IMG/VR virus record: IMGVR_UViG_3300028832_002790
Coordinates: 25,207-89,206 of that record
Strand: one strand, 5' to 3'
DNA from: a virus
Lineage: Duplodnaviria > Caudoviricetes
Length of the DNA stretch: 64,000 nucleotides
The position numbers and the translations under genes were made by a program. Position 1 is the stretch's first letter, and each line of letters starts with the position of its first letter. The notes beneath the pieces are model-generated. The model was not told where the DNA came from. It saw nothing but the letters and a program-made list of their open reading frames with translations, and did not search any database. Shown here piece after piece: positions 1 through 9,811 of the stretch.

Positions 1-2814
1 TCCGTTTCCTCTCTTCAGGCTTTCTGTTATGTCCCTGATGTTTATGTCATCCCAGTTCTCGCCGAATTCATCGGTGGCCTTGACGTCCAATATCTTGAGC
101 TTTATAGATGGATCGACATCGTTCGACGTCTTGTCTATGTATAGATACCAGACGCTTTTGGCTCCTTCCCCAAGCGTCATTTTTAGACTGTCGGCCACTT
201 GTTGGCCGACCATGCTAACGAGTTTGGTATATTCATCCCCCGTCAGCTTTCCATATAGCTCGCACTCATACGATATCTCGTCGGCTATCGTATATTCCGT
301 GCGCTCCTCTCCGTATTCCAGCTCTATTGTGGTCGAAATCGGCTTTGCGCTGCTGTAGTTTTTCGTGTTTATGTCGGCGAAGATTCCGGTTGTTCCGTAG
401 CTAAACATATAGCCGTTTATTGATAATCTAGGTGCCTGCCCCTCTGGTGCTATGACGTGGCTAAAGAAATCGTCCAGTTTTGCTTTATTACCGGCCGTTT
501 CATATGCCGTTTTTCCTACCATTGTTTCGAACAGCTGCTCGGCGTATATGCAGTTAAATGCCCCCTCTGTGGTGTTCGATCCCTCTATTATGATTTCGTC
601 TAGGTGCCCGCCGTCGGTATTCATGACCCACAGACACTTGAAACCCGTTCTTTCGTCGGTTGCTGGTACTATGTCATACCCGCCAGTAGAAGGATTAGAA
701 TATACGCCCGATACTTCTGACGTATTCAGCGTTTTTATGTCGATTCTTCCTATTTTGATATGTTCGTATATGTCTTGATTGTTTATGACGCTATGCCAAA
801 ACACCTGATACGACGTTTGGTTGTCGCTGGTTAAAACTTCCGACTCCCTGAATTCGGATATCTTTAATTCCTTGATTTCGTTCAGGTTCCTGACCCGATG
901 CTTTATCCGACCGTCCGGGGCGGTCCCGCCAGAATTCTTGATGCAATATTGAACATAACCTTCGTTTGTTATATTACCCGGTGTAAAGCTTTTCAGCACC
1001 GGTGTATTCCCTTCGTTGTCTATGACGGATAATATGTATTCCGGTGGCGTTTGCTCCGATTGCGTTGGCAACTGCAAACCATACAGTTCTCCGCTATTGA
1101 ACAATTTCGTGGTTACGGACGAATCGGAATCGGATATCAAGTCGATGTTGTCCATAAACGAAAGTATATTGCCGTTTATTTGAAAATTGTTTGATTTTTC
1201 TATGAGGGGCCACTCCGGCACCGACAGCGCCGATACCGAATTGACACGAACTTTATAATCCTGCTGGCTTTCCTCCCCCTCGTTTACGGTAACATAATCC
1301 CTGTTTTCAAAAATGTTGTAATTGGAAAACGACAAATCTCCTCCTATTTCGATCAATTCTGCCGGTGTAGCCGATTGCGGCGTGGCGTCGGCGGCAAACG
1401 ATATCTTTGCGTTTGGAGGTATCACGCATTTTCCTATATATGTTACTCTATCGGAATATCCTAGTTCCGCGTCATTGTTCCCGGAAGGATAATATTCGTA
1501 ATTGAATCGATTGCTGGGTATGAAGCTGTTCAGTTCTTGTGTTTGCGTTATGGCAAAATTTCCGCCTACGCTTTCCCTTGCGCTGAGTCCGGCTTTTTCC
1601 TTTATGTAATATGAACTGTCTTCATAATCATAAAACGTAGAAAGCCCGGCCGGTCGATCCTTGTATGTGGATGTCATTCCATTCATCATGAAAAGACATT
1701 TTTTAACAGATATCGCTCCAAAAGTTGCTGCTGGGATGCCGGTCGCCGGAACAACATAATCACTGGCGTTACACAACCCACCACTTAAAATTTTTATACA
1801 CTCTGTGGTATCGACGGTTTTTGTGGTTAGCATTTTAACCAGCGGCTTTAAAGCGTTCACGCTGTTCATTCCTGCTACCGTGAAATATCTATCGTTGTCG
1901 GCTGTATAATTTAGACGATATTCACACGACGATGGATCTTTTGAATAATTCCAATAAGAACATATCACTTGCCAACCGCGTTTTCCGTCTGCGTTATGAT
2001 ATTGATACGCCAATCTACAATGATCATTTCTAAACGTATCATACAGACAAAAAGATAGCTCACAGCCGGACAAGTCAAAATAACAATTTGTCGTAGCATC
2101 TCCGTTGCCCGTTTTTATTTTCCATATCGGCGGGGACATATCCGAACCTTGTATTGTGGTTTTATTTGCATAGATAAATGCATTATCCAACGCTCTGGCG
2201 CTTACAGCTGCCGACCAGTTTGTCATAGTCGGCGTATAATACGCGCTGGCTAGATAGTGCGGCTCGTCGGCAAACGAACCGCTGCGAATAAGACCAGATA
2301 CGGCAGAAAGATAACCGTTTGTCGACGGCGAAAGATCGCAATACAGAGAAGTATAAACAGACCTGTTTCTATATCCATACTGCCCAACACATGTATTTGG
2401 CATCGGAATAGTACCACTAAGATCGGCGCTTGTATAATAATATATCTCGCCGCTTAGCATCCGGGTGTCGGTCGAATCGCCGCCGCAAAAATTGTACCAG
2501 CACGGGTCCAGCCCCCAAGCATATGTCGTAAACGCCGTAGAAATGATCGTCCATTTACTGGAATCGAACGTTCCTGTGGTCGCCTCTATACATTTATAGT
2601 ATGTCGTTTCACCAGAAACAGTACGCTTGCAACAATCCCCGATGCTATATTGCCGGGAAGTGCTATAATTTGGAATGCTATCCCAATCCTGTACTTCCGT
2701 CGTTATCGGAAGCTTTGGATAAAACCCCAACAACTGCCTATGGTATTTCTCAAAATGTATACTTATGTTAGGTAGCCCCGTATCCGCGCTTACTGGTTTT
2801 ATTTTTTCGGCCAT
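1..2814 (-). CDS. Large virion/tail-associated protein, truncated at the left window edge (at least 938 codons)
   Basis: Manual translation from the ATG at 2814 (MAEKIKPVSADTGLPN...) is stop-free to position 1. It is absent from the ORF track only because no stop lies in the window. It follows the 2819 stop and sits in the structural block. Confidence 0.8.
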   Translation of the reverse strand, partial: MAEKIKPVSADTGLPNISIHFEKYHRQLLGFYPKLPITTEVQDWDSIPNYSTSRQYSIGDCCKRTVSGETTYYKCIEATTGTFDSSKWTIISTAFTTYAWGLDPCWYNFCGGDSTDTRMLSGEIYYYTSADLSGTIPMPNTCVGQYGYRNRSVYTSLYCDLSPSTNGYLSAVSGLIRSGSFADEPHYLASAYYTPTMTNWSAAVSARALDNAFIYANKTTIQGSDMSPPIWKIKTGNGDATTNCYFDLSGCELSFCLYDTFRNDHCRLAYQYHNADGKRGWQVICSYWNYSKDPSSCEYRLNYTADNDRYFTVAGMNSVNALKPLVKMLTTKTVDTTECIKILSGGLCNASDYVVPATGIPAATFGAISVKKCLFMMNGMTSTYKDRPAGLSTFYDYEDSSYYIKEKAGLSARESVGGNFAITQTQELNSFIPSNRFNYEYYPSGNNDAELGYSDRVTYIGKCVIPPNAKISFAADATPQSATPAELIEIGGDLSFSNYNIFENRDYVTVNEGEESQQDYKVRVNSVSALSVPEWPLIEKSNNFQINGNILSFMDNIDLISDSDSSVTTKLFNSGELYGLQLPTQSEQTPPEYILSVIDNEGNTPVLKSFTPGNITNEGYVQYCIKNSGGTAPDGRIKHRVRNLNEIKELKISEFRESEVLTSDNQTSYQVFWHSVINNQDIYEHIKIGRIDIKTLNTSEVSGVYSNPSTGGYDIVPATDERTGFKCLWVMNTDGGHLDEIIIEGSNTTEGAFNCIYAEQLFETMVGKTAYETAGNKAKLDDFFSHVIAPEGQAPRLSINGYMFSYGTTGIFADINTKNYSSAKPISTTIELEYGEERTEYTIADEISYECELYGKLTGDEYTKLVSMVGQQVADSLKMTLGEGAKSVWYLYIDKTSNDVDPSIKLKILDVKATDEFGENWDDINIRDITESLKRGNG

Positions 2815-2818
2815 ATCG

Positions 2819-5299
2819 TTAATCCCATTCTATTCTTATCAGCGAAGAATACGCCGGAGTCAGCTTCTTCAATGCCCTGTTTATCATCTTCTCCAACACG
2901 CTCTTCAGCTTCTCGTCTATCTGTCCGTTTGAATTCTTGTACCCGTTGATGTGCAGGACATACTGCGCCGACTTCGATCCGGGCATCTTGAACTTGTAGA
3001 ATCGTTCTATGTCCTCCACCAAATTCCTGACATCCGTCCTGTAATGCCAGCTTAGGTCGTCGCAGGCGAACTTGGACATATAGATGTAGTATAAATCCTC
3101 CTGCGTAATCGCCCTATCGTAAATCCTGAAATCGTCTATGCTGCCGGAGAACGACTTGTTGCACACGTTTATCTCCTGCATCAGAGAAAACAGCTTTCCG
3201 CATCTTCCGCCTATGATTATGGGGGAATCGTAATAATACTTCGTGGATTGCAGATTGGCACCACCGATATTGGAAATGAATCCGTCGATCTCCTTCTTTC
3301 CTGCCTCGATACAATCGAAATAGAACGAAATCTCGTACTTGTTTCCGCCTATTCTCTTGACAATCGCCGCCATTTGATGCCAATCGAAATTGGAAACCTC
3401 CGACAGCGGCTTCGTAATCACGTTGTGTCCGTCCTTTCCGAACAAATCGAAATACACGCAATTCGTGGAATCCTTGTTCATCCGGTAATAATCGTACATC
3501 GTCAACTTGCGCTTGTTCTTCGGGTGGACATAGAATCTGGAGGTGTCGTACTCGTCCACATACTCTCCGTTCGTACCATATACGTAGATGCACTGCTTGT
3601 CTTCGCTGAGGATCAAAAGATGATCGACATTCTTGTCCAATATGTTCCTGTTCACAATGTCTATCATCGTCGGGTTGATCCCGGCCTTGATCTTGAATTC
3701 GAATGTCTTTCTGTAATGGTGGGAGACGACCTTCCACACCTCCACCAAATCCTTCTTCAGCACATACGCAACGTTGTTGTAGTCGACGGCTATGGATATC
3801 GTATCGCTGGATTCGCTGTATCTATAATACTTCAGATTCTTGTCCGTTTCCTCGTCGCCGAAATTAAATCCGTCGTTCGTGTCGTCGCCGTTCTCGGCCA
3901 CCCAGACGCTTCTTCTGTCATAGACAAAGTGCTGCTTTTCTATCTTGACTATCGGAACGATCGTCTCCTCGGAAATACCGCATGTGACATATGTCATATC
4001 GTAGCGATTTATCTTATAGCACTTCCATGCTCCTGCGGTTCCATTCGTTCTTCCGTAAGCATACAGATAATAGCCGTTTTCGTCGTTTCCGAGATCAAGA
4101 TACTGCAAATTTGCCGATATCTCGATCTCTCCCAGCAAGTTTCCGTTGTAATCTACCTTGTAAATCTTGGCTTTGGTGCCATCACAATCCAAAATATAGC
4201 TATACAGATCTATGTCTACGAGCATATCCAACAGATGGGTATTGTCTCTAGCCTTCCAAAACGCCTTTGTCGATACCAATTGACCCATATTGTTGTACAG
4301 GCCCATCGTTCCATCCTGAAGGGGGTTGTTCTCGTCGTTGCCGAAAGTGAAAATAAAACTGTTCTTCGACCTATTGGTGATTCCGAACTTCCATCCGCCA
4401 ACATAAAGATTGTCCACTATGCTGTACGATGTGCAATTCTCCCAGTCGTTGCATTTGACCCAGAAGCATATAGAATACTCGTCTTGGGTCATTTTGCGCT
4501 TTTCGTTGTCGAACGGCACCACGATCAGCTGGTTCTTTCCGTTGAACGTCACGGCGTAATCGTCGTCGTCGAAATCGTTGCTGACACGATAATTGTAAAA
4601 CGAAGTTTCGGACGGATTGAGATAATTAATCTGCCCGTTGTCGTTGTCGTTCTTCCAATCGGTAAGATGCAGCTTTAGGCAGTCTCCCACGGATATGGAG
4701 CTGGCGATATCCTGTATGGTCTTTTCGCCGACTCTCCAATACTTGTAGTATGCGCCATAATCGAACGACATCTCGGACTCGACATCGTATACTCCGTATT
4801 CCTTGTTCTCCTCTCCCTCGGCGGCCGCTTCGTCGGCCTTCTTCGGGTCAAACCACCTATCCATCCACTTCGGCTCTATCTCCGGGTTTAAAACATCGCC
4901 GGACAGCCATGTACAAAGCCAAGTGCCGTTGGAAAGCCGCTCGTCCTGAGCCCTTCCGTATGGGGACGAATCTTCGTAATTATACCTTAATTTGTAAATT
5001 CTGTCCGCCTTGTACGGGCAAGAACCATAGGTAGCGCCGTCGCTGATGATCGTCGTGTTCTTTATGTCCAAATATTTGTTGGACGCGCTTCCGACATCCT
5101 TCATCGGGAAGTGAAAATAGGTAAAAGCGTCTTTTGTAAGGACAATATCCTCCAAATCCGAGGTATATCCCAGCTTGATGGAATCCCCAATCGGGTCTTC
5201 CACCTTGCTGTTTACGTACAAATTCGTGTAATCACGAAGATTTACGCTCTTTTTTCCTGTCCAGCTGGTATCATACGGGTTTGAATCATGAGAACTCAT
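2819..5299 (-). CDS. Virion structural/baseplate protein with a split LamG (ConA-like) domain and a probable beta-propeller insert, 826 aa
   Basis: LamG-type motifs (YSICFWVK, WHQMAA, FSGSIDDFRIYDRAIT); late-type TAAATA upstream at 5320-5325. Confidence 0.7.
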   Translation of the reverse strand: MSSHDSNPYDTSWTGKKSVNLRDYTNLYVNSKVEDPIGDSIKLGYTSDLEDIVLTKDAFTYFHFPMKDVGSASNKYLDIKNTTIISDGATYGSCPYKADRIYKLRYNYEDSSPYGRAQDERLSNGTWLCTWLSGDVLNPEIEPKWMDRWFDPKKADEAAAEGEENKEYGVYDVESEMSFDYGAYYKYWRVGEKTIQDIASSISVGDCLKLHLTDWKNDNDNGQINYLNPSETSFYNYRVSNDFDDDDYAVTFNGKNQLIVVPFDNEKRKMTQDEYSICFWVKCNDWENCTSYSIVDNLYVGGWKFGITNRSKNSFIFTFGNDENNPLQDGTMGLYNNMGQLVSTKAFWKARDNTHLLDMLVDIDLYSYILDCDGTKAKIYKVDYNGNLLGEIEISANLQYLDLGNDENGYYLYAYGRTNGTAGAWKCYKINRYDMTYVTCGISEETIVPIVKIEKQHFVYDRRSVWVAENGDDTNDGFNFGDEETDKNLKYYRYSESSDTISIAVDYNNVAYVLKKDLVEVWKVVSHHYRKTFEFKIKAGINPTMIDIVNRNILDKNVDHLLILSEDKQCIYVYGTNGEYVDEYDTSRFYVHPKNKRKLTMYDYYRMNKDSTNCVYFDLFGKDGHNVITKPLSEVSNFDWHQMAAIVKRIGGNKYEISFYFDCIEAGKKEIDGFISNIGGANLQSTKYYYDSPIIIGGRCGKLFSLMQEINVCNKSFSGSIDDFRIYDRAITQEDLYYIYMSKFACDDLSWHYRTDVRNLVEDIERFYKFKMPGSKSAQYVLHINGYKNSNGQIDEKLKSVLEKMINRALKKLTPAYSSLIRIEWD

Positions 5300-5367
5300 C
5301 TACATATCGACCTTTATGATATTTATTTCCACAAAACCATATATCCAGCCGAAATATAGAAGAGATT

Positions 5368-8300
5368 CTACGACTCTTCAGAGGTTTCTTCGTTGAAAAC
5401 GCGATTTACGTACAGTCTGGTGTCCTCGGGCTTCGTATTCTGGAAAACCATATTGACTTCATAGGTCTGATCGGTTCTGATATCGACCATTTCCATCATT
5501 CCCTCTTCCTTCTTGAACTCTGGGAGGCCGCCGCCGGACGGAAGAACGTGGTAGACCGCGCTTACACAGGTATTGGTATTTTCAGCGTATGCCGAACAAG
5601 ACACGAAATACCCGCCCGGATGATCGTCGAAGGATGTTCTCCTGTATGTGTGGTCGACTCTCCAGTCCTTGGCCAGTTTTCTCAGATAAGACTGCTTGTT
5701 TGCGCCAATCAAATAGCCATCGCACGGGGTGGAGGCGTCGGAAAACGGACGGAGATAGGCCGATGTTGTCGGTGTTCTGTATTGAACCAGCTTTCTCTTC
5801 GTCGTTATCTTGTTATCCTTGACATCCTTGTTGTTCTGATAGAACCCTTCCGTAGATATGGAAATCGTGTCTTTGCCTCGTCCGCTGTATTCTGTTGTCG
5901 GATCTCCATAGTCGAAGTCCCAGTCCATTCTGCTTATCGGATATGAACCGGCCTTTACATCGGCCTGCATACCGTAGACAACCGTCGGGAAGTCTTTGGT
6001 GATGTAATCGTATTTCATTTCGAATACATCGCTTCTTCCATTATATGGCTCTCCCGTTATCTGAGGCGGTAGTTCCACCACCAACACGCAGCAGGAAGAC
6101 GTACATCTACGAAGAGTCTCCTCGACACAATCCTCGTAGTCGCCGACGGTGGGCATAAATCTGCGAATCGTCTCGGTATCGAATTCCGGTGAAATTCCTA
6201 TGGAATACAACCCCGGCATCGTATAAACATGATCGCCAGACACGATTCCGGTGGGATTAAGTCTTCCTGCGTTGGCATCGGTTATCTCCCCTGCGCGTTC
6301 CCAAGTCGGCCACCCGCCAACCAGATCCTTGCCGAAGTAGGTATGATCTTTTGCCATATAGTCGGTAAACCAATCGCCCCAATCCATCATACCACCGGAG
6401 ACGGGAAGCGATCTGGAAGAAAGATGGCCGCTGGCCGCAACATGCATAAACGGAGCATAGCCAGAAACGGCAACCTGCTTGACCATCTTACCGGAATCGT
6501 CCATATGCACAACATAGCAGTTATATCCAACTTCTGCGGTGGATGAAGCGAGGTTTGAACTCTCGCACGAATAATCATCCGCAGTAATCGTAATAAACTT
6601 GTCGTGAGCCGCGTTTGCACCAAACACCCTGAACCCGCTAACGCACGGACATACCGGAAGAACATTGATATAACAACCTTCGATTCTCTCCTTTTGTGCA
6701 TCCGAGCTTACGGTGCGCTCCTTGAACGGAACGTCGTCGGCGTCCATTCCCTGTAAGGTTTTTTCGCTCGAACAGGTCATTGTGGCGTAATATACGCCCG
6801 GCCCCTTGTAAACATGCATTATGCTGTCTCTGAAATCAAGAGACTCGTATTCACAAAGATTTCTTCCGCACTGATCGGGCAGAATTGCCCCCTTTACGGT
6901 AGCGGATATATTGACCGGACTGCTGTATGTCGTGTTCGGTATGTATCTGACTCTCTTCTGCTTGCCTTCGCCGGGGACGACATCGCCGAACCCGTATCCG
7001 TTGAGGGTTCCAGCCACGGTAGACATAAAAATGCCGGTAAAATGGCTGTCGCCGGTCGTCATGCTCGGAGAATAATGATAGCTTTCCCCATTACCGCCGT
7101 CATAGAAGTCGAGCTTCATCGTACACGCATCCAGACGACCCCAGAATCCGGTGACAATGGTCTTGAATTCGTTGTCGTTGGTGCTCGTCATATCACACAA
7201 ATATTTGTCGCTGGGTAATCTAAAGGCAGATATATTGGCAACTACTCCATCATCGTATGATATCGTAGCGTTTTTTGCGTCCTCGTATGCCGTAATTCCT
7301 CTGGTATCACAGCCGAAAATCACAGAATCGCCAAAATCCCATCTCCAATACCCCGTGGGGAACGATCTCGTGACGCTCATATCACGAAATACCACCGGCA
7401 GCGGATCGTATCCGACTATGCACATTTCGGCGTCGCCGCTCGGTGCCGCTTCCTTTCTCCAGACGGCATATAGTTCGAACACCTTATTTCTCTTTACGAG
7501 ATATTCATACGGCAAAAATATGTCGCCGTCCTTATAAACGATATGCGAAGAATATGGATATCTGGCCCATCCAACAAAAAGATATCCGGGATGGACGAAC
7601 GGGCACGGATTTAATTTTCCCTCCTCCCCTATATTAAAATATTGTTCTTTGCAGTTCGGATCGTATTCGTCCCCCTGCTCGCCGTTTTCGTCGAACACGA
7701 AGTCGAAAAACTTTACCGTTACCTGTTCGCCCAACCAAGATGGTACAACGAACACGTCGCCGAATCTCGTGATTTTTACTGTGTTAGTTTCAAATTTTTG
7801 CGGATGGTTCCATTCTTTCAACCCGTCGTTCCAACTAACCTCCATATCCAAATCCGAACCGACCACATTCAAGGATGTCAAACTATACCCTGTTCTTTCG
7901 GCCAGAAACGCGGGAACCTTAAATGTGGCCAAACCGGTAACAGGGTTGCTTTCCATATCCCATTCGATCGGAATTGAATATTCGCCTCCGTCGAACCATT
8001 CCAAATATACTCTATACTCCTTCCACTTCGAACGCATCCAATAGAATATGTCGCTGACGAGTCCGCTGGGCGGCTCCTCCGCCGTAGTGGTGTATGTTAT
8101 CGTGGCCGACGCTTTTTCTATCGCTTCGCCGGAGACATAATTTACGTCGAACCCCGTTTCTATCCATTCGTCGTATTCCGGTTCGCCGGATTCGAAATAT
8201 CCGTGCTCGTAGCTGCTGCACATATTCCAGTTGGCGAAATCGCTGGCCGTTGGCGGCTTTGTTTCAAGAATCGCATCGTCGCATCCCTTAAGATACTCCG

Positions 8301-8568
8301 CGTTTCTATCAAGATTGAATTTCTGATCTATCGTATAGACGACCTCGTAGCTGGATGTCGGTTCCTCGTCTTCCTCTGTTTGTTCGTCCTCGGTAACGAG
8401 AACGATGGAATAACTACCGTCTATGGAACTTACAACAGGCGTAGCCGTTCCGATGTCAACATCGGGGGTATACAAAATATGAAATTGATTCAAATCGGCC
8501 GAAACCGTGATTTCGGTCGGCTCTTCCTCGGCTTCTCTTTTTATCTTCTTTCTAGCCATTTTTATCAA
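5368..8568 (-). CDS. Virion structural protein with PKD-like domains and one InlB B-repeat-like unit, 1066 aa
   Basis: WRWDFGD, HVYKGPGVY, WDFDYGD and HVYTMPGLY PKD-like motifs; HPGYLFVGW...LYAVW B-repeat-like motif. Confidence 0.65.
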   Translation of the reverse strand: MIKMARKKIKREAEEEPTEITVSADLNQFHILYTPDVDIGTATPVVSSIDGSYSIVLVTEDEQTEEDEEPTSSYEVVYTIDQKFNLDRNAEYLKGCDDAILETKPPTASDFANWNMCSSYEHGYFESGEPEYDEWIETGFDVNYVSGEAIEKASATITYTTTAEEPPSGLVSDIFYWMRSKWKEYRVYLEWFDGGEYSIPIEWDMESNPVTGLATFKVPAFLAERTGYSLTSLNVVGSDLDMEVSWNDGLKEWNHPQKFETNTVKITRFGDVFVVPSWLGEQVTVKFFDFVFDENGEQGDEYDPNCKEQYFNIGEEGKLNPCPFVHPGYLFVGWARYPYSSHIVYKDGDIFLPYEYLVKRNKVFELYAVWRKEAAPSGDAEMCIVGYDPLPVVFRDMSVTRSFPTGYWRWDFGDSVIFGCDTRGITAYEDAKNATISYDDGVVANISAFRLPSDKYLCDMTSTNDNEFKTIVTGFWGRLDACTMKLDFYDGGNGESYHYSPSMTTGDSHFTGIFMSTVAGTLNGYGFGDVVPGEGKQKRVRYIPNTTYSSPVNISATVKGAILPDQCGRNLCEYESLDFRDSIMHVYKGPGVYYATMTCSSEKTLQGMDADDVPFKERTVSSDAQKERIEGCYINVLPVCPCVSGFRVFGANAAHDKFITITADDYSCESSNLASSTAEVGYNCYVVHMDDSGKMVKQVAVSGYAPFMHVAASGHLSSRSLPVSGGMMDWGDWFTDYMAKDHTYFGKDLVGGWPTWERAGEITDANAGRLNPTGIVSGDHVYTMPGLYSIGISPEFDTETIRRFMPTVGDYEDCVEETLRRCTSSCCVLVVELPPQITGEPYNGRSDVFEMKYDYITKDFPTVVYGMQADVKAGSYPISRMDWDFDYGDPTTEYSGRGKDTISISTEGFYQNNKDVKDNKITTKRKLVQYRTPTTSAYLRPFSDASTPCDGYLIGANKQSYLRKLAKDWRVDHTYRRTSFDDHPGGYFVSCSAYAENTNTCVSAVYHVLPSGGGLPEFKKEEGMMEMVDIRTDQTYEVNMVFQNTKPEDTRLYVNRVFNEETSEES

Positions 8569-9811
8569 TCTCCTTGGTCGTGTATGTATAGCCGGGGGTC
8601 ATGACATTCTTCAATTCGGCAAAATTCAATTTCATGGATTCCCTGTTCATTACGGCCTTGTACGGGCATTCGTACACCACGGACGGCTTCACGTCCTCGA
8701 TGATCTTGTCCGGTGTGACGTCGCTGTTGAAGAACTTGTTAAAGAACTCGTTGTAGTACTTCACCCAGCGGATTTTTCCATCATATCCGATCATAAAATA
8801 TCTATCGTTGTCGTCGAAAAACGTAGCCTTGAACAAATAGTTGTTTCCGACGCGGGTCAGTGTGTCCACGCCGTTGTATTTGTCGTTGTGGGCGTTTCCG
8901 TTGACCTTTACCATATTGATGAACGGAACGCGGCTTTCGTATATTCCGATCGGATATCCTTCCTCCCAGTTCGGTAGCTTCAAATCCGACGAATCGGCGT
9001 CATATAACGACCAAAACCTCTTTACGCGATAGTCCTTGGCATTGATCTTTCTGCCAACGGTCCTTTGGATGTTTGTATTGAGCACCGTGCTGCCGCCGGA
9101 CCAACAGCTATAGCCAGTCTCGACTTCTTGTGCCTTGTGATTGGCCGTGGAAGACGCAACCGTTTCGTCAATGTTTTCAACGACATCGCACACAGACCAT
9201 GGATCCTTCAACATGCTGTGCATCGTAATTCGGTTTGTTCCGGGTATCTGGTACAAATCGAAGTGTTGCGTGCCTCCGCCGTCGCCCACGATCAAATCGC
9301 TCATAACCAAATCGTATCGATTCATATGGGTCTTGACCGTCGCATACTTCGTCCCCTGCGCTATGATGAACGATGTCGTGTCGTTTGAAGCCTGACTGCG
9401 ATAGATCTTGAACATGTTCTTCTCTGTAAGCTTTTCGGACGGTGCCGTAATCGCATACAGGCGGCCTTCCACGTTCCTGACAAAATTTCCGTTAGGCGCA
9501 AGAAGAGGGGTGAACAGAACCAAATCGGTCGTGTCTATGTCGTCCGTGACGACGATCTTGGAAAAATCCAAGTTGCTTATAAGACCCAAGAAAGTATGGT
9601 TCGCAAAAGCCTCGTCGTCGGCGTTCGAAAAAGACTCGTGCCTCGTGAAGCTGTATCCTTTTCCGTCCGGCCCTATGTAATCGTACTTCTCCGGTTTGTA
9701 CGAGAATTTGCTTCTGCGGGATTCCTCCGATGACGCCGGTGCCGGATTATCGAATTCATATTCGGCCGACACCGAACTCATAACTAGATTCTTTTCGTTA
9801 TCGTTGCTCAT
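8552..9811 (-). CDS. Hypothetical virion protein, 419 aa
   Basis: Long ORF overlapping both structural neighbours. Confidence 0.6.
   Translation of the reverse strand: MSNDNEKNLVMSSVSAEYEFDNPAPASSEESRRSKFSYKPEKYDYIGPDGKGYSFTRHESFSNADDEAFANHTFLGLISNLDFSKIVVTDDIDTTDLVLFTPLLAPNGNFVRNVEGRLYAITAPSEKLTEKNMFKIYRSQASNDTTSFIIAQGTKYATVKTHMNRYDLVMSDLIVGDGGGTQHFDLYQIPGTNRITMHSMLKDPWSVCDVVENIDETVASSTANHKAQEVETGYSCWSGGSTVLNTNIQRTVGRKINAKDYRVKRFWSLYDADSSDLKLPNWEEGYPIGIYESRVPFINMVKVNGNAHNDKYNGVDTLTRVGNNYLFKATFFDDNDRYFMIGYDGKIRWVKYYNEFFNKFFNSDVTPDKIIEDVKPSVVYECPYKAVMNRESMKLNFAELKNVMTPGYTYTTKEIDKNG

Noticed and set aside
1-2818. Apparent ORF desert suggesting stop-codon recoding or a long ncRNA
   Set aside because: The minus strand is one open frame running off the window edge. 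TAA, TAG and TGA all terminate genes normally elsewhere.
3248-4678. Long antisense ORFs (also 10444-11454+, 16386-17624+, 24532-25359+, 37018-37983+, 44335-45681+, 50316-51359+, 58806-60110-)
   Set aside because: They lie opposite well-supported genes, lack recognisable motifs and start signals, and are explained by codon bias of the real strand.
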